DNA of 64,000 bases, taken from an uncultured Bacilli bacterium. GTDB lineage: Bacteria; Bacillota_I; Bacilli_A; RF39; UBA660. Positions 9,209 to 21,443 of this stretch are shown in pieces. The stretch spans positions 494-64,493 of the forward strand of contig CAKOMH010000001.1 in the NCBI GenBank assembly GCA_934096595.1. Reading direction: 5' to 3'. The notes under the pieces were generated by a model. That model did no database searches. It was not told where the DNA came from and saw nothing but the letters and a program-made list of their open reading frames with translations. Within the stretch, counting starts at the first letter, position 1. Every line of letters begins with the position of its first letter. The translations under genes and the position numbers were made by a program.

Positions 9209-10473
9209 TATCTACGATGCCTTCTTCCCTCACGGTAACTACGACTTACTAATGAACTTTCTAGTTGTTTATAAGTTTCAATAGCAACACCAACGACAAT
9301 TAAAAGTCCAGTGCCACCTATTGTTACACTACTAGGTAAACCTGAAAATTTAGAAAAAATTATAGGTAACCCAGCAATAATTACTAGAAAGATTGATCCT
9401 ACGATTGTAAGTCTTCCAATAACCTTGGAAATATAATCAGTAGTATCAGCTCCCGGTCTAACTCCCGGAATATAACCACCATTTTTATTTAAGTTTTTAC
9501 TCATTTCTTCTGGATTCATTTCCATAAAAGTATAGAAGTATCCAAAGAATAATATAAGTACAACATATAATAGAAAACCAGTAGGACTTGTATAAACAAT
9601 ATAATTGTTAACAAAGTTTATTGCGCTTTCATTACCAATCAAATTAACAATCGTAGTTGGAATAGTAATAAGAGTTGATGCAAAAATTACTGGCATTACT
9701 CCAGCCGCATTCAACTTAATAGGTAAATATGATGTTTGAGCACCATAAGCACTATTGGTACGATTAGAATACTGAATAGGTACTCTTCTCTCTGCAAGTT
9801 GAATAAATACAACGCCTAGAATAATTAAAATATAAACTATTACAAATAAAGCAAATAATAAGCTACCAACAACAGTAGAATAACTGCCAGATGTAACTAA
9901 GCTTTGGAAAGCCGTTACAAACATTGAAGGCATACTTTGAATGATACCAGCCATGATTAATAATGAAATACCATTACCAATACCTTTAGTAGTTACTTGA
10001 TCGCCTAACCAAAGTAGGAAGCAAGTACCTGCTGTCATAACAACGGTAGTCTTTAAAATATCAAGACTAGACATTCCTTTCATATATACAATAGTTAAAA
10101 TGTAACCTTGAATAAATGCAAAGATAATACCTAAATATCTAGTAATTCTATTGATTTTCTGTCTACCAGTATATCCTTCTTCTTTTAATTCTTTAAAATA
10201 AGGAATTATATCCATTTGTAATAATTGTGTAATAATAGATGCTGTGATGTATGGTGAAACACCAAGAGCAAATATTGAAAAACTTCTAAGACCACCACCG
10301 GACATCAAGTTAAATATTTCTAAGAAACCAAGTTCTTGATATAAAGCTGATGCCCAAGGGATAGTAATAGTTGTACCTAGGCAAAATAAGCCTAAGCACA
10401 TAAGAGTAAAATATATTCTTTTTCTTAAATCTTTATTAGAAGGACTAAATAGTTGCTTCAAACCAGCAAACAT
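9208..10473 (-). CDS. secY: Preprotein translocase subunit SecY
   Basis: A 10-TM protein with SecY signature regions. Conserved position. Confidence 0.95.
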   Translation of the reverse strand: MFAGLKQLFSPSNKDLRKRIYFTLMCLGLFCLGTTITIPWASALYQELGFLEIFNLMSGGGLRSFSIFALGVSPYITASIITQLLQMDIIPYFKELKEEGYTGRQKINRITRYLGIIFAFIQGYILTIVYMKGMSSLDILKTTVVMTAGTCFLLWLGDQVTTKGIGNGISLLIMAGIIQSMPSMFVTAFQSLVTSGSYSTVVGSLLFALFVIVYILIILGVVFIQLAERRVPIQYSNRTNSAYGAQTSYLPIKLNAAGVMPVIFASTLITIPTTIVNLIGNESAINFVNNYIVYTSPTGFLLYVVLILFFGYFYTFMEMNPEEMSKNLNKNGGYIPGVRPGADTTDYISKVIGRLTIVGSIFLVIIAGLPIIFSKFSGLPSSVTIGGTGLLIVVGVAIETYKQLESSLVSRSYREGRRHRR

Positions 10474-10474
10474 A

Positions 10475-10918
10475 TTAGATCACCTCAGTCTTGCCACCTG
10501 CTGCTTCAATCTTAGATACAGCAACGCTTGAGAATCTATTAGCTTTAACAGTTAATTTCTTTTCAAGAGTACCATTTGCTAAAACTTTAACACCAGATAA
10601 TTGATTTTTTAATATACCTTTCTCTTTTAATACTTCAGGAGTAACTACATCTCCATCTTTAAAATATTTATTTAAGTCATCTAAGTTAATAGTAGCATAT
10701 CTAGTTGCAAATTTAGCATTACTAAATCCGCGTTTAGGTAATCTTCTATATAATGGGGTTTGACCACCTTGGAACCATGGAGCAATTGATGCACCACTAC
10801 GAGACTTTTGTCCCTTTTCTCCGCGTGTAGATGTTTTACCCATTCCAGAACCAGGACCGCGTCCTACTCTTTTTCTAGATTTTGCTTCAGGTAGAGCATT
10901 TAATTCATGTAATTTCAT
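10475..10918 (-). CDS. rplO: 50S ribosomal protein L15
   Basis: L15 family. It is directly adjacent to rpsE, with no rpmD/L30 between. Confidence 0.95.
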   Translation of the reverse strand: MKLHELNALPEAKSRKRVGRGPGSGMGKTSTRGEKGQKSRSGASIAPWFQGGQTPLYRRLPKRGFSNAKFATRYATINLDDLNKYFKDGDVVTPEVLKEKGILKNQLSGVKVLANGTLEKKLTVKANRFSSVAVSKIEAAGGKTEVI

Positions 10919-10919
10919 A

Positions 10920-11423
10920 TTATAATTCCTCTACTTTCTTTCCTCTTAATTCAGCAACATGTTCTTTAGTTCTTTGTGCCTTTAATGCTTCTAAAGTTGC
11001 TTTAGCAACATTAACTTTTGTATTAGAACCTAATGATTTAGATACAACATCTTTAACACCAGCAAGTTCTAAAATAGCACGAGCAGCACCACCGGCAACT
11101 AAACCAGTACCTTCTTTAGCAGGTTTTAATAAAACTTCAGCACGACCAACTTTAGCAGTAGCCTCATGAGGAATAGTTCTATTATCAACTAAAGATACTT
11201 TTACAACATTCTTATTAGCAGCTTGAAGTGCCTTTTTAATAGCTTCAGGAACTTCATTAGACTTACCACTACCAAGACCAACTAGACCTTTTCTATTTCC
11301 AACTACAACAGTAGCTAAAAATCTAAAATGTCTACCACCCTTAGTAACCTTAGTAACTCGTCCAATTGATATAACTTGATCTTCAAGCATACTTTTTTTA
11401 GATTCAGTTTCTTTTTTTGGCAT
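10920..11423 (-). CDS. rpsE: 30S ribosomal protein S5
   Basis: S5 family. Confidence 0.95.
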   Translation of the reverse strand: MPKKETESKKSMLEDQVISIGRVTKVTKGGRHFRFLATVVVGNRKGLVGLGSGKSNEVPEAIKKALQAANKNVVKVSLVDNRTIPHEATAKVGRAEVLLKPAKEGTGLVAGGAARAILELAGVKDVVSKSLGSNTKVNVAKATLEALKAQRTKEHVAELRGKKVEEL

Positions 11424-11435
11424 ATTATCCTCCTC

Positions 11436-11792
11436 TTAGAATTCTAGTCCGTTTTCGCGTGCTGCTTCTGCTAATGCTTCAACACGACCATGATAAAGGT
11501 ATCCACCTCTATCGAAAACAACTTTTGTAATATTTTTCTTTTTTGCTTTTTCTGCAATATCTTTACCTACAAGTTTTGCGCCTTCGATATTGCCACCGTT
11601 GTTTAATTTTAGTTCAACAGATGATGAGCTAACTAAGGTAATTTGTTTTTCATCATCTATAATTTGAGCAAAAATGTTACTATTAGATCTAAATACATTT
11701 AATCTTGGACATTCACTAGTACCGTTAATTTTATTACGAACTCTTGTATGTCTAATCTTACGCATAACATTGTTTGATTCTTTTCTTATCAT
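11436..11792 (-). CDS. rplR: 50S ribosomal protein L18
   Basis: L18 family. Confidence 0.95.
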   Translation of the reverse strand: MIRKESNNVMRKIRHTRVRNKINGTSECPRLNVFRSNSNIFAQIIDDEKQITLVSSSSVELKLNNGGNIEGAKLVGKDIAEKAKKKNITKVVFDRGGYLYHGRVEALAEAARENGLEF

Positions 11793-11809
11793 AACTATCT
11801 CTCCTTACC

Positions 11810-12349
11810 TTATTTAGCAGCTTTTTTACCTTCTTTGCGTCTAACAACTTCGCCCTTATAACGAATACCTTTACCTTTATATGGTTCTGGTTCTCTGATT
11901 GAACGAATTTCAGCAGCAAATTGGTTTAGCTTTTCTTTATTAATACCAGAAATTGTAATTTCGGTATTGCTTTCTTGTTTTACTTCTAAGTATTCTGGAA
12001 CCATTACTTCAACAGGATGAGAAAAACCTGCAGTAATACCAATTTTCTTTCCAGAAACATTGAATCTATAACCAACACCTACAGCTTCAAGTCCTACTGT
12101 ATAACCATCAGTTACACCCTTAATCATATTATTGATTAAAGCATTAGTAGTACCATGAAGTTGTTTTGTTGTTTTTTCATCATTTGGTCTAGTAGTTAAT
12201 ACTTTACCATCACTAACTTCTACTTTAATTAAATTACTAACAACAATTGATAATTCGCCTTTAGGTCCTTTAACAGTTACATTATTACCATTAACTGTAA
12301 CAGTAACACCCTCAGGAATAACTAAATGTCTATTTCCAATTCTACTCAT
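11810..12349 (-). CDS. rplF: 50S ribosomal protein L6
   Basis: L6 family. Confidence 0.95.
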   Translation of the reverse strand: MSRIGNRHLVIPEGVTVTVNGNNVTVKGPKGELSIVVSNLIKVEVSDGKVLTTRPNDEKTTKQLHGTTNALINNMIKGVTDGYTVGLEAVGVGYRFNVSGKKIGITAGFSHPVEVMVPEYLEVKQESNTEITISGINKEKLNQFAAEIRSIREPEPYKGKGIRYKGEVVRRKEGKKAAK

Positions 12350-12364
12350 AACTTAAGTTTTTCC

Positions 12365-12760
12365 TTACCAAATATAGGCAAGTACTTCTCCTCCTAAATT
12401 ATTTTCTCTAGCTTCTTTATCAGTCATTAATCCTTTTGAAGTAGAAATAATTGCAATTCCAAGTCCGTTTAAAACACGAGGAATTTCATTAGCCTTAGCA
12501 TAAACACGCAAACCAGATTTAGAAACTCTCTTTAAACCAGTAATTACGCGTTCTTTCTTTTCGCCATATTTTAAAGTAATAGTTAATTTATCACCAGTTA
12601 AATTCTTTTCATAATTATAATCAGTAATAAAACCTTCCTTCTTTAGAATTTCAGCAATTCCTAAAGTCATCTTAGTTCCATTAACTACTACTGTTTGATA
12701 ACGCATTTGTAATGCATTACGCATTCTTGTTAGCATATCTGCTATATTATCTTGTACCAT
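12365..12760 (-). CDS. rpsH: 30S ribosomal protein S8
   Basis: S8 family. Confidence 0.95.
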   Translation of the reverse strand: MVQDNIADMLTRMRNALQMRYQTVVVNGTKMTLGIAEILKKEGFITDYNYEKNLTGDKLTITLKYGEKKERVITGLKRVSKSGLRVYAKANEIPRVLNGLGIAIISTSKGLMTDKEARENNLGGEVLAYIW

Positions 12761-12777
12761 CTAAAATTCCTCCTTTC

Positions 12778-12963
12778 CTACCAACTTGATTTTCTTACAC
12801 CAGGAATTTGTCCTTTATTTGCAAGTTCTCTAAAGCAAATACGACATAATCCATATTTTCTTAAAACACCATGAGGACGTCCACATCTTTCGCAACGGGT
12901 ATATGCACGAGTACTAAACTTTGGTGTTCTTTGTTGTTTAACAACCATACTTGTTTTTGCCAT
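12778..12963 (-). CDS. rpsN: 30S ribosomal protein S14 type Z (61 aa, Zn-ribbon CxxC...CxxC)
   Basis: Short zinc-binding S14 variant. Confidence 0.93.
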   Translation of the reverse strand: MAKTSMVVKQQRTPKFSTRAYTRCERCGRPHGVLRKYGLCRICFRELANKGQIPGVRKSSW

Positions 12964-12984
12964 AAATATTTTCCTCCTCTAGCA

Positions 12985-13524
12985 TTACTTTCTAAATGGA
13001 AGACCGAATGCATTTAATAAATGCAATGCTTCTTCATTTGTTTTCGCAGTAGTAACAAATACGATATCCATACCAGTTACTTTAACTACTTCATCATAAT
13101 TGATTTCAGGGAAAATTAATTGTTCTTTAATACCTAAAGTATAATTTCCTCTACCATCAAATGCAGTTTTAGAGATACCTCTAAAATCTCTTACACGAGG
13201 AAGTGCTAACTTTATAAGTTTATCCATAAAGTTGTACATATTTTCTCCTCTTAGTGTAACTTTGCAACCTATTGGTTGGCCTTCTCTTAACTTAAAGCCA
13301 GCAATAGATTTACGAGCCTTAGTAACAACAGGTTTTTGACCAGTAATTGCTTCTAAGTCTTTTACAGCTGCTTCAATAAATTTTGTATCATGAGCACCGT
13401 CACCAACACCCATATTTACAACGATTTTTTCTAATTTAGGAACTTCCATCTTAGAAGAATAATTGTACTCTTTCATTAAAGAAGCAGTTATTTCTTTATT
13501 ATATAATTCTTTTAAATTACTCAT
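12985..13524 (-). CDS. rplE: 50S ribosomal protein L5
   Basis: L5 family. Confidence 0.95.
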   Translation of the reverse strand: MSNLKELYNKEITASLMKEYNYSSKMEVPKLEKIVVNMGVGDGAHDTKFIEAAVKDLEAITGQKPVVTKARKSIAGFKLREGQPIGCKVTLRGENMYNFMDKLIKLALPRVRDFRGISKTAFDGRGNYTLGIKEQLIFPEINYDEVVKVTGMDIVFVTTAKTNEEALHLLNAFGLPFRK

Positions 13525-13536
13525 AACTTCTCCTCA

Positions 13537-13869
13537 CTAGCTTTCTTTTGCTTTCTTTGTAGTTTTTTTAGCAGTAGTTTTCTTTGCAGCTTTTTCTTCT
13601 ACTTTAGCATCTTCTACTTTAGTTTCTTTCTTCTTAGCAGCAGCCTTTTTAGCTTCTACTTTTTTTACATTAGAAACATGAATAGGTGCTTCCATAGTAA
13701 CGATAGAACCAGATTCATTAGTATATCTTGGTTTAACATGCTTTTTGATAACATTAATGCCTTCAACAACTACTTTATTTTCGTTCTTTAAAGTCTTAAT
13801 AATTTTGCCTTCTTTATTTCTATCTTTTCCGGCTAAAATTTTAACTTGATCTCCAACTTTAACTTTCAT
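13537..13869 (-). CDS. rplX: 50S ribosomal protein L24 with a Lys/Ala-rich C-terminal extension
   Basis: KOW-domain L24 plus a basic tail. Confidence 0.93.
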   Translation of the reverse strand: MKVKVGDQVKILAGKDRNKEGKIIKTLKNENKVVVEGINVIKKHVKPRYTNESGSIVTMEAPIHVSNVKKVEAKKAAAKKKETKVEDAKVEEKAAKKTTAKKTTKKAKES

Positions 13870-13880
13870 CTAAAAGCCTC

Positions 13881-14249
13881 CTATATTACTTCACTAGCAA
13901 GAGATACAATCTTCATGTAATCTTTATCACGAAGTTCTCTTGCAACTGGTCCTAAAACTCTTGTTCCAACTGGACTCTTATCATCTTTAATTAAAACGCA
14001 AGCATTATCATCAAATTTGATATAAGAACCATCTTTTCTTCTAACGCCTTCAACGCTTCTTACAATAACTGCTTTAACTACCTTACCTTCAGGAATATTA
14101 GAGTTTGGAATAGCTTTTTTAACAGTTCCAACAACTACATCTCCAATATTACCATATTTAACTTTAGAGCCACCCATTACGCGAATAACAAGCAATTCTC
14201 TTGGTCCTGAATTATCAGCAACTTTTAATCTACTTTCTTGCATTACCAT
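13881..14249 (-). CDS. rplN: 50S ribosomal protein L14
   Basis: L14 family. Confidence 0.95.
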   Translation of the reverse strand: MVMQESRLKVADNSGPRELLVIRVMGGSKVKYGNIGDVVVGTVKKAIPNSNIPEGKVVKAVIVRSVEGVRRKDGSYIKFDDNACVLIKDDKSPVGTRVLGPVARELRDKDYMKIVSLASEVI

Positions 14250-14260
14250 AATGATACCTC

Positions 14261-14521
14261 CTATAGAATTACAGCTTCTTCTACTACTTTAACTAGTTCA
14301 TATCTCTTAGTTTTAGATAATGGTCTAGTAGCAGCAATTCTTACTGTATCTCCTTCTTTAGCTACATTATTTTCATCATGAGCTACATATTTTTTAGAGT
14401 ATTTAACTCTCTTACCATAAAGTGGATGATTTTTATAAGTTTCAACTAAAACAGTAATAGTTTTATCACATTTAGCCGATACAACTTTACCTACAAGTTC
14501 TGCTCTTTTAGTTTCTGCCAT
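14261..14521 (-). CDS. rpsQ: 30S ribosomal protein S17
   Basis: S17 family. The start was moved to the ATG at 14521 (MAETKRA), which has an AGGAGG RBS; the track ORF overlaps rpmC. Confidence 0.93.
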   Translation of the reverse strand: MAETKRAELVGKVVSAKCDKTITVLVETYKNHPLYGKRVKYSKKYVAHDENNVAKEGDTVRIAATRPLSKTKRYELVKVVEEAVIL

Positions 14522-14522
14522 A

Positions 14523-14729
14523 TTAGTTTTCTCCTCCTTCTGATAATTCTCTTTCACGAAGAATAGTTTTCATTCTCGCTACATCTTTTCTTAATTCATG
14601 GATTTTAGAAGGTTTTTCTAAACTTCCAGTTGATTGTTTAAATCTTAAATCTAATAATTCTTTTTTAGATTCAGTAATTTTCTTAGTTAAATCTTCACTA
14701 GTTAATTTTCTTAATTCATTAACCTTCAT
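14523..14729 (-). CDS. rpmC: 50S ribosomal protein L29
   Basis: L29 family. Confidence 0.93.
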   Translation of the reverse strand: MKVNELRKLTSEDLTKKITESKKELLDLRFKQSTGSLEKPSKIHELRKDVARMKTILRERELSEGGEN

Positions 14730-15144
14730 TAGAAATACCTTCTTTCTTTACAAATTTGCATGTAACAGGTAATTTATGAGAAGCAAGACGAAGTGCCTCA
14801 CGAGCAGTTGCTTCATCTACATCGCTGATTTCAAACATAATCTTACCTTTTTTAACTACAGCAACCCAATCATCAACATTACCTTTTCCGGTACCTTGAC
14901 GAGTTTCTAGTGGTTTTTTAGTTAATGCTAAGTGTGGGAAAATATTAATATATACTTTGCCACCGCGTTTCATATAACGCGTCATAGCAATACGAGCAGC
15001 TTCAATTTGACGAGCAGAAATCCAAGCGCCTTCTTTAGCCATTAGACCATATTCGCCTAAATGAAGTTCTGTATTACCCTTAGCATGTCCATCGTAACTT
15101 ACTCTATGAGGTTTACGATATTTAGTTCTTTTTGGAATTAACAT
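14719..15144 (-). CDS. rplP: 50S ribosomal protein L16
   Basis: L16 family. Confidence 0.95.
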   Translation of the reverse strand: MLIPKRTKYRKPHRVSYDGHAKGNTELHLGEYGLMAKEGAWISARQIEAARIAMTRYMKRGGKVYINIFPHLALTKKPLETRQGTGKGNVDDWVAVVKKGKIMFEISDVDEATAREALRLASHKLPVTCKFVKKEGISNEG

Positions 15145-15802
15145 TTATAGTCTCTCCCTTCTTAACATTTTTAGTTGGAAGAATTTCTCCTTTATAAATC
15201 CAAACTTTAACACCAATGATACCATAAGTAGTTAAAGCCTCAGCAGTACCATAATCAATGTCAGCACGAACAGTATGTAAAGGAACTGTACCTTCTGTAT
15301 AACCTTCGTTTCTTGCCATTTCAGCACCACCAACACGACCAGATACTAAAGTTTTAATACCTTTAGCGCCCGCCTTCATAGCATTTCTAATTGCGCGTTT
15401 TTGAACACTTCTAAAAGGTGCTCTTGCTTCAATTTGTAAAGCAATATTTTGTGCAACGATTTGTGCATTTAAATCTGGATTTTTAACTTCAACGATAGAT
15501 AAATAAATATCTTCGCCAACTAATTTTTTTAATTTATTTCTTAATTTTTCGATGTCTTCTCCACCTTTACCAATGATTACTCCTGGTTTAGCAGATTTAA
15601 TAGTAACATCGCATCTTTTGTCATTTCTTTCAATAACGATTGAGGCAACTGCTGCTTCTTTTAGTTCTTTTGCTAAGAATGAACGAATTTTAATATCGTT
15701 ATTTAAACATTTAGCAAAATCATTATTGTTGGCAAACCATTTAGATTCCCAATCTTTATTAACACCAATTCTTAAGCCAATTGGACTTACCTTTTGTCCC
15801 AT
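15122..15802 (-). CDS. rpsC: 30S ribosomal protein S3
   Basis: S3 family with a KH domain. Confidence 0.95.
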   Translation of the reverse strand: MGQKVSPIGLRIGVNKDWESKWFANNNDFAKCLNNDIKIRSFLAKELKEAAVASIVIERNDKRCDVTIKSAKPGVIIGKGGEDIEKLRNKLKKLVGEDIYLSIVEVKNPDLNAQIVAQNIALQIEARAPFRSVQKRAIRNAMKAGAKGIKTLVSGRVGGAEMARNEGYTEGTVPLHTVRADIDYGTAEALTTYGIIGVKVWIYKGEILPTKNVKKGETINVNSKKN

Positions 15803-16149
15803 TATTTTGCCTCCTTAATGTTATCACTAACTTTAATAGTTATATGACTAGTGCGTTTATCATGTCTATCAACATTTGAATGACTACCAAATCTAATTTT
15901 CTTACGAGTTACACCTGGATTAATGTAACATTCACTGATAACTAGATCGGATTCTTTAGCGCCATTATTATTAACAGCGTTTGCAACAGCGCTATTTAAA
16001 ACTTTGCTGATTAAACGACTAGCTTTTGTATTTGTATTAGCTAAAATACCTTGTGCAGTCTTAACATCCTTACCACGAACTAAATCAAGAGTCATTCTTG
16101 CTTTGCGTGGAGGAACTTGTGCACCTTTATGTATTGCGTATGCTTCCAT
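15802..16149 (-). CDS. rplV: 50S ribosomal protein L22
   Basis: L22 family. Confidence 0.95.
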   Translation of the reverse strand: MEAYAIHKGAQVPPRKARMTLDLVRGKDVKTAQGILANTNTKASRLISKVLNSAVANAVNNNGAKESDLVISECYINPGVTRKKIRFGSHSNVDRHDKRTSHITIKVSDNIKEAK

Positions 16150-16163
16150 TCTAATTATCCTTC

Positions 16164-16427
16164 CTATTTTTGACCAGCATGGCCACCAAATTTACGAGTT
16201 AACGCAAATTCACCAAGCTTATGTCCTACCATATCTTCAGTTATATAAACTGGAATAAATTCTTTTCCGTTATGAACAGCAATTGTATGTCCTACAAAGT
16301 CAGGGAAAATTGTTGAACGACGCGAATAAGTTTTAACAACTTCTTTTTTACCAGTTTCATTTAATTTTTGAACTTTCTTAAGTAATCTATCGAATACATA
16401 AGGTCCTTTTTTTAAACTTCTTGCCAT
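16164..16427 (-). CDS. rpsS: 30S ribosomal protein S19
   Basis: S19 family. Confidence 0.95.
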   Translation of the reverse strand: MARSLKKGPYVFDRLLKKVQKLNETGKKEVVKTYSRRSTIFPDFVGHTIAVHNGKEFIPVYITEDMVGHKLGEFALTRKFGGHAGQK

Positions 16428-16439
16428 TATTAAATCCTC

Positions 16440-17270
16440 CTATTTCTTTCTACGACTAACAATTAACTTGTCAGATGCTTTCTTATTTTTTCTAGTCTTC
16501 AAGCCTAGAGCTGGTTTACCCCAAGGAGTCATTGGTGCCTTGCGTCCAATTGGAGTACGGCCTTCACCACCACCATGTGGGTGATCATTAGGGTTCATAA
16601 CAGAACCACGGTTGGTTGGATTAACACCCATATGACGCTTTCTACCAGCCTTACCAATGTTTACAAGCTCAAAGTCTTCATTACCTACAACACCGATTGT
16701 AGCCATACAAGCACCTAGAACTTTTCTTGTTTCACCAGATTGTAATCTTAACATTACATATTTACCTTCGCGACCAAGAATTTGTGCACTGGCACCAGCA
16801 GAACGAGCTAGTTCAGCACCCTTTTCTGGTTGAAGTTCGATGCAATGAACAACAGTACCAACAGGAATAACTTCTAGAGGAAGAGCATTACCAACTTTGA
16901 TATCAGCATCTCTACCAGATTCAACAATCATTCCTACTTTTAAATCTTTTGGTGCAATAATATATCTTTTTTCACCATCTAAATAATTAATAAGAGCAAT
17001 ATTAGCATTACGATTTGGATCATATTCAATAGTAGCAACTTTACCAGTTACACCAGTTTTATTTCTCTTAAAATCAATTATTCTATATTTTTGTTTAGCG
17101 CCGCCACCAATGTGTTGAACAGTCATTCTACCTTGATTATTTCTACCACCAGATTTAGTCTTTTTAACTAAAAGGCTTTTTTCAGGAGTAGTAGTAGTAA
17201 TTTCTGTATTAGCAAGTGTCGACATACCTCTTCTACCATTAGTAGTAGGTTTATATTTCTTAATTGGCAT
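16440..17270 (-). CDS. rplB: 50S ribosomal protein L2
   Basis: L2 family. Confidence 0.95.
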   Translation of the reverse strand: MPIKKYKPTTNGRRGMSTLANTEITTTTPEKSLLVKKTKSGGRNNQGRMTVQHIGGGAKQKYRIIDFKRNKTGVTGKVATIEYDPNRNANIALINYLDGEKRYIIAPKDLKVGMIVESGRDADIKVGNALPLEVIPVGTVVHCIELQPEKGAELARSAGASAQILGREGKYVMLRLQSGETRKVLGACMATIGVVGNEDFELVNIGKAGRKRHMGVNPTNRGSVMNPNDHPHGGGEGRTPIGRKAPMTPWGKPALGLKTRKNKKASDKLIVSRRKK

Positions 17271-17286
17271 AATATCAGCTCCTATC

Positions 17287-17562
17287 CTAATATTCTATCT
17301 TTTCGCCATCTTTTAATGTAACGATAGCTTTCTTGTAAGTCTTAGTTTTACCTGTATAACGACCTACTCTTTTACTTTTTGCTTTAGTATTTACAGTATT
17401 AACGCTTGCAACCTTAACACCAAAATATTTTTCAATAGCATTTTTAATTTGGATTTTGTTAGCACTTTTACTAACTTTAAATGTATATACACCATTATTT
17501 TTAGCATACATAGATTTTTCAGTTATAACAGGTGCAATAATTACATCAGTATAATCTTTCAT
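17287..17562 (-). CDS. rplW: 50S ribosomal protein L23
   Basis: L23 family. Confidence 0.93.
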   Translation of the reverse strand: MKDYTDVIIAPVITEKSMYAKNNGVYTFKVSKSANKIQIKNAIEKYFGVKVASVNTVNTKAKSKRVGRYTGKTKTYKKAIVTLKDGEKIEY

Positions 17563-18185
17563 TATTTAAGTGCCTCCTCTATCATTTTAACAGCAGCTTC
17601 TTCCATAACTACATAATCAGCATTAACTAAATCATAGCAGTTAACCTCATCGCTCATAAGTGTATAAGTATAACCAAGATTTCTTGTTGCTAAATATAAA
17701 TTAGCAGCTTCATCAGCAGTTACAAATAACACTTTGCCGTCTAAGCCTAAAGTCTTAAGTAATTCTTTTACTGTTTTAGTCTTGCTATCAGCAAGTTCTA
17801 AACAATCAACAATGATTAATTCCTTATTATTAACTTTATCAGTTAAAGCACTCTTAAGAGCTAAGCTTCTTTCTTTTTTATTCATTTTGAATGTGTAATC
17901 ACGAGGAACTACGCCACCAGCGATTCCACCGCCACGCCATTGTGTAGCACGAATACTACCTTGACGAGCACGACCAGTACCTTTTTGTCTCCAAGGTTTT
18001 CTTCCACCACCAGATACTTCAGCAACTGTCTTAGTTTTTGCAGTTCCTTGTCTAGTAGCAGCAAGTTGTAAATCGATTGCTTTTTTCAAAACAACTTCAT
18101 TTACTTCAACGCCAAATACTTTGGCATTTAATGTTAAATCTTTAGTTTTTTCATTTTTTAAATTCTTTACTTCAACTTTTGCCAT
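17562..18185 (-). CDS. rplD: 50S ribosomal protein L4
   Basis: L4 family. Confidence 0.95.
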   Translation of the reverse strand: MAKVEVKNLKNEKTKDLTLNAKVFGVEVNEVVLKKAIDLQLAATRQGTAKTKTVAEVSGGGRKPWRQKGTGRARQGSIRATQWRGGGIAGGVVPRDYTFKMNKKERSLALKSALTDKVNNKELIIVDCLELADSKTKTVKELLKTLGLDGKVLFVTADEAANLYLATRNLGYTYTLMSDEVNCYDLVNADYVVMEEAAVKMIEEALK

Positions 18186-18208
18186 AGATTAATCACCTTT
18201 CTAGAAAA

Positions 18209-18928
18209 TTAATTTTCTTGGCTTTCTTCTTTAGCTTCTGCATCGTCGTTAGCAACGCTATCAACAACTGTTTCGTATGAAACTAATTCATTATTTTCTG
18301 CTTTTCTTTCATTTTTAGCAGCAGATTTAATTAAAACTAAAGATTGCTTTGCACCTGGAACATTACCACTAACTAAAATATAGTTTTCTGTTGGATTTGC
18401 CTCAACTACTACTAAATTTTGAATAGTAACAGTTTCACAACCCATATGTCCTGGTAATGCCTTACCTGGTAATACTCTCATTGGTCTCATAGTACCCATT
18501 GAACCTGGTCTTCTATGATAACGCGATCCGTGTGCAGATGGACCACTCTTTTGGCCATGGCGTTTAATAACACCTTGTGTTCCATGACCTTTGCTTGTTC
18601 CTGTAACATCTACTACTTCACCAGCAGTAAATAAGGAAGCATCTATTGTATCCCCTAAGTTATAAGAGCCTTCATAATCTCTTATTTCTTTTAAGAAGCG
18701 CTTAGGATTTGTATTAGCCTTTTTAGCATGACCAATACTAGCTTTAGTGGCGTTCTTTTCTTTTTTGTCACATACGCCTAATTGAATTGCATTATAACCG
18801 TCATTTTCAACAGTTTTAACTTGCATAACAGTATTTTTTTCAACTTCAATTACTGTGACAGGAATTACTTTACCTTCTTTAGTGAAGACTTCAGTCATTC
18901 CAACCTTACGTCCTAAGATTCCTTTCAT
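18209..18928 (-). CDS. rplC: 50S ribosomal protein L3 with an acidic C-terminal extension
   Basis: L3 family. Confidence 0.95.
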   Translation of the reverse strand: MKGILGRKVGMTEVFTKEGKVIPVTVIEVEKNTVMQVKTVENDGYNAIQLGVCDKKEKNATKASIGHAKKANTNPKRFLKEIRDYEGSYNLGDTIDASLFTAGEVVDVTGTSKGHGTQGVIKRHGQKSGPSAHGSRYHRRPGSMGTMRPMRVLPGKALPGHMGCETVTIQNLVVVEANPTENYILVSGNVPGAKQSLVLIKSAAKNERKAENNELVSYETVVDSVANDDAEAKEESQEN

Positions 18929-18951
18929 AATTTTTCCTCCGTTATTTTTTA

Positions 18952-19257
18952 TTATAATTGTTTGATACTAATTGCAACTCCACTTGGTAAGTCTAAACGA
19001 CTTAGAGCTTCAATAGTTTCTTTACTAGGTTCTTTTACTTCAATTAGTCTCTTGTGAGTACGCGATTCAAATTGCTCGCGTGCATCTTTGTACTTATGTA
19101 CAGCTCTTAATACTGTAACCTTTTCGATTTCAGTAGGAAGAGGAATTGGACCAGAAATAGCTCCCCCAGTTCTTTTTACAACATCTACAATCTTGCCAGC
19201 AGCTAAATCAATACTTCTATGATCATATGCTTTAAGATTAATGCGTATTTTTGACAT
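18952..19257 (-). CDS. rpsJ: 30S ribosomal protein S10
   Basis: S10 family. It is the first gene of the S10 operon. Confidence 0.95.
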   Translation of the reverse strand: MSKIRINLKAYDHRSIDLAAGKIVDVVKRTGGAISGPIPLPTEIEKVTVLRAVHKYKDAREQFESRTHKRLIEVKEPSKETIEALSRLDLPSGVAISIKQL

Positions 19258-19470
19258 TATATGTCCTCCCTTCGCCTATATCTAGTATAGACTTGCTCCG
19301 TAATGAATTACCTGATATTGACAATTTTGATTAATTTTTATCAATCAACCCCGCCTAGCGTATCAGCAACCTCACACATCCCTGCAGTCATACAATCAAA
19401 ATAATACCATACATTATGCCGAAAAATCAAGCTTTTTTTTCAACTTTCGAGTAAATTTTGTCAGCCTAAT
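19258..19470 (-). promoter_or_regulatory. S10-operon promoter and 5' leader. On the minus strand there is a TTGAAA...CATAAT promoter-like element near 19420-19455. It is followed by a roughly 150-nt leader with a locally GC-rich structured segment (gactgcagggatgtgtgaggttgctgatacgctaggcgggg) before the rpsJ RBS GAAGGGAGGA.
   Basis: Read from the reverse complement. The spacing of the -35/-10 candidates is 18-19 nt, which is imperfect. Confidence 0.3.
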
Positions 19471-19916
19471 TTTCAATATGGATTTAAATTTCAAAAACTA
19501 TTTTCTTAAAAAAATTCCATTAAAATATTATTAGAAAATAAAATTAAAAGCTTAAACAAGCTGACATTACAAACAGAATTAACTAATACACTAATAATTA
19601 TTTTTAACACTATATATCATAATGTTTTTATTATTAATTCTTATCATTAATTCTTATCATTAATAAAAATTCAATTAAGCCAATCACTAATATTTATATC
19701 AAAAAAAGAACTAAAAATAGGAAAACTAAAAAAAAGAAAAAAGCCCTTATCAAGCAATAAGAACTTTAAAGAAAAAAGCTCCTATCAAACAATAAGAACT
19801 TTTTAAAAGCAATTTAGAAACAATTTATCTGCTAAAAAACAATTAGTATATTCTCATCTTTAAATAATTTTCCAACACTTACTATTTCTCACAGCAAGCA
19901 CTGGAGGATCTAACTA

Positions 19917-21443
19917 TTAATTTTCTTTTTCTAAAGCTTCATCAACAAACAAGATATCAGTATCTTTCATTTCGGGAGGACAAGCAATATCCATATATTT
20001 AAGGATAGTCGGAGCAACCATAGTTAAATCACCATTTTTTAATTTAACATTATTATCCGTAACAATAAAAGGAACAGGATATAAAGAATGCGTTGTTATA
20101 ACATTATCATTATCATCAAGCATATAATCACAGTTTCCATGATCAGCCATTATAAATAATGTATAATCATTTTCTTGAGCTTTAGAATAAATACTTCCTA
20201 AACAATAATCAACAACTTCTAAAGCCTCAATTGTTGCCTCCAAATTACCAGTATGTCCAACCATATCTGGGTTAGCAAAGTTAACTAAAATAAAATCATA
20301 ATCTTTATCTAAACATTCTAGACATTTTTTTGTTACTTCTTTACAACTCATTTCTGGTTTTAAATCATAAGTAGCAACTTTAGGACTAGGAACTAAATAG
20401 CGATCACATTTTTCTAATTTATATTCCTTGCCACCATCAAAGAAGTAAGTAACATGAGCATATTTTTCCGTTTCCGCAATACGAGCTTGTGATAATCCTA
20501 ACTCTTCTAAGTAAACACCTAAACTATTTTCAATATCTGGTGTATCTAAAAAATGATAAGATTTTTTAGCTTCTTCAATTGGATAAATCGTAAACACTTG
20601 TAAATTTTTATATTTAATCGTGTCATATTCTTTAAAACTATTATCTGTTAAAACTTGTAAAATTTGCTTTGCACGATCAGGACGATAATTCATCCATAAA
20701 ACAACATCGCCATCTTGTATTTTAGGTGTATCTTCCATCACAATTGGTGGCAAGAATTCATCAGTAACATTTTTTTGGTAGCAAAAATTAATTGCTTCTT
20801 TTAAATTTTTAACTCTAGCCCCTGTTCCTAAAGTCAACATATCACTATATAATTTAGTTCTATCCCATTTCTTATCTCTATCCATGGCATAATATCTACC
20901 ACAAACACTAGCTACTTCATTATAACCGTACTCTTTTAACTTAGCATTTGCCTCATCAATATAATTTTGACTGGTAGTTGTTCCTGTATCACGGCCATCA
21001 GTAATAGCATGAACATAAACTTTTTCAATTCCCATTTGGTGCAAATAATCAAGCATCCACAAATTAAACTTAATATGGGAATGGATACCACCATCTGATA
21101 GCAATCCTAACATATGAATTGGCTTATCATTTTCTTTAGCATATTCAACCATTTTTAAAAAATTTTCGTTTTTTAAAATTTCTTTTTTATTAAACCAATC
21201 GGTTATTTCCATAAAGTTTTGTTTAATTAAACGCCCCGCGCCAATTGTTGTATGCCCAACTTCACTATTGCCCATTTGACCTTTTTCTAAACCAACCGCT
21301 CTTTCACTAGCTAGTAATTGACTATGAGGATATTCATTCCATAATTTTTTAAAGTTTGGCATTTTAGCTAATTTTACCGCATTACCATGAATGGCATTAC
21401 GAAGTCCAAACCCATCTAATATTATTGTTAATACTTTTTTCAT
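19917..21443 (-). CDS. gpmI: 2,3-bisphosphoglycerate-independent phosphoglycerate mutase
   Basis: iPGM family throughout (…LDGFGL…, metal-binding motifs). The start was set to the ATG at 21443 (MKKVL) behind an AGGAG RBS; the track start at 21452 is a GTG inside the RBS. Confidence 0.93.
   Translation of the reverse strand: MKKVLTIILDGFGLRNAIHGNAVKLAKMPNFKKLWNEYPHSQLLASERAVGLEKGQMGNSEVGHTTIGAGRLIKQNFMEITDWFNKKEILKNENFLKMVEYAKENDKPIHMLGLLSDGGIHSHIKFNLWMLDYLHQMGIEKVYVHAITDGRDTGTTTSQNYIDEANAKLKEYGYNEVASVCGRYYAMDRDKKWDRTKLYSDMLTLGTGARVKNLKEAINFCYQKNVTDEFLPPIVMEDTPKIQDGDVVLWMNYRPDRAKQILQVLTDNSFKEYDTIKYKNLQVFTIYPIEEAKKSYHFLDTPDIENSLGVYLEELGLSQARIAETEKYAHVTYFFDGGKEYKLEKCDRYLVPSPKVATYDLKPEMSCKEVTKKCLECLDKDYDFILVNFANPDMVGHTGNLEATIEALEVVDYCLGSIYSKAQENDYTLFIMADHGNCDYMLDDNDNVITTHSLYPVPFIVTDNNVKLKNGDLTMVAPTILKYMDIACPPEMKDTDILFVDEALEKEN

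Noticed and set aside
15552-16258. Plus-strand ORFs inside rpsC/rplV (15552..15818, 16004..16258), and similar antisense ORFs inside rplO/rpsE, rpsM, pgk, ftsX/ftsE, rplI, the YfcC-like gene, the Nudix gene and the 204-aa gene
   Set aside because: They overlap confidently identified conserved genes on the opposite strand. These are spurious.
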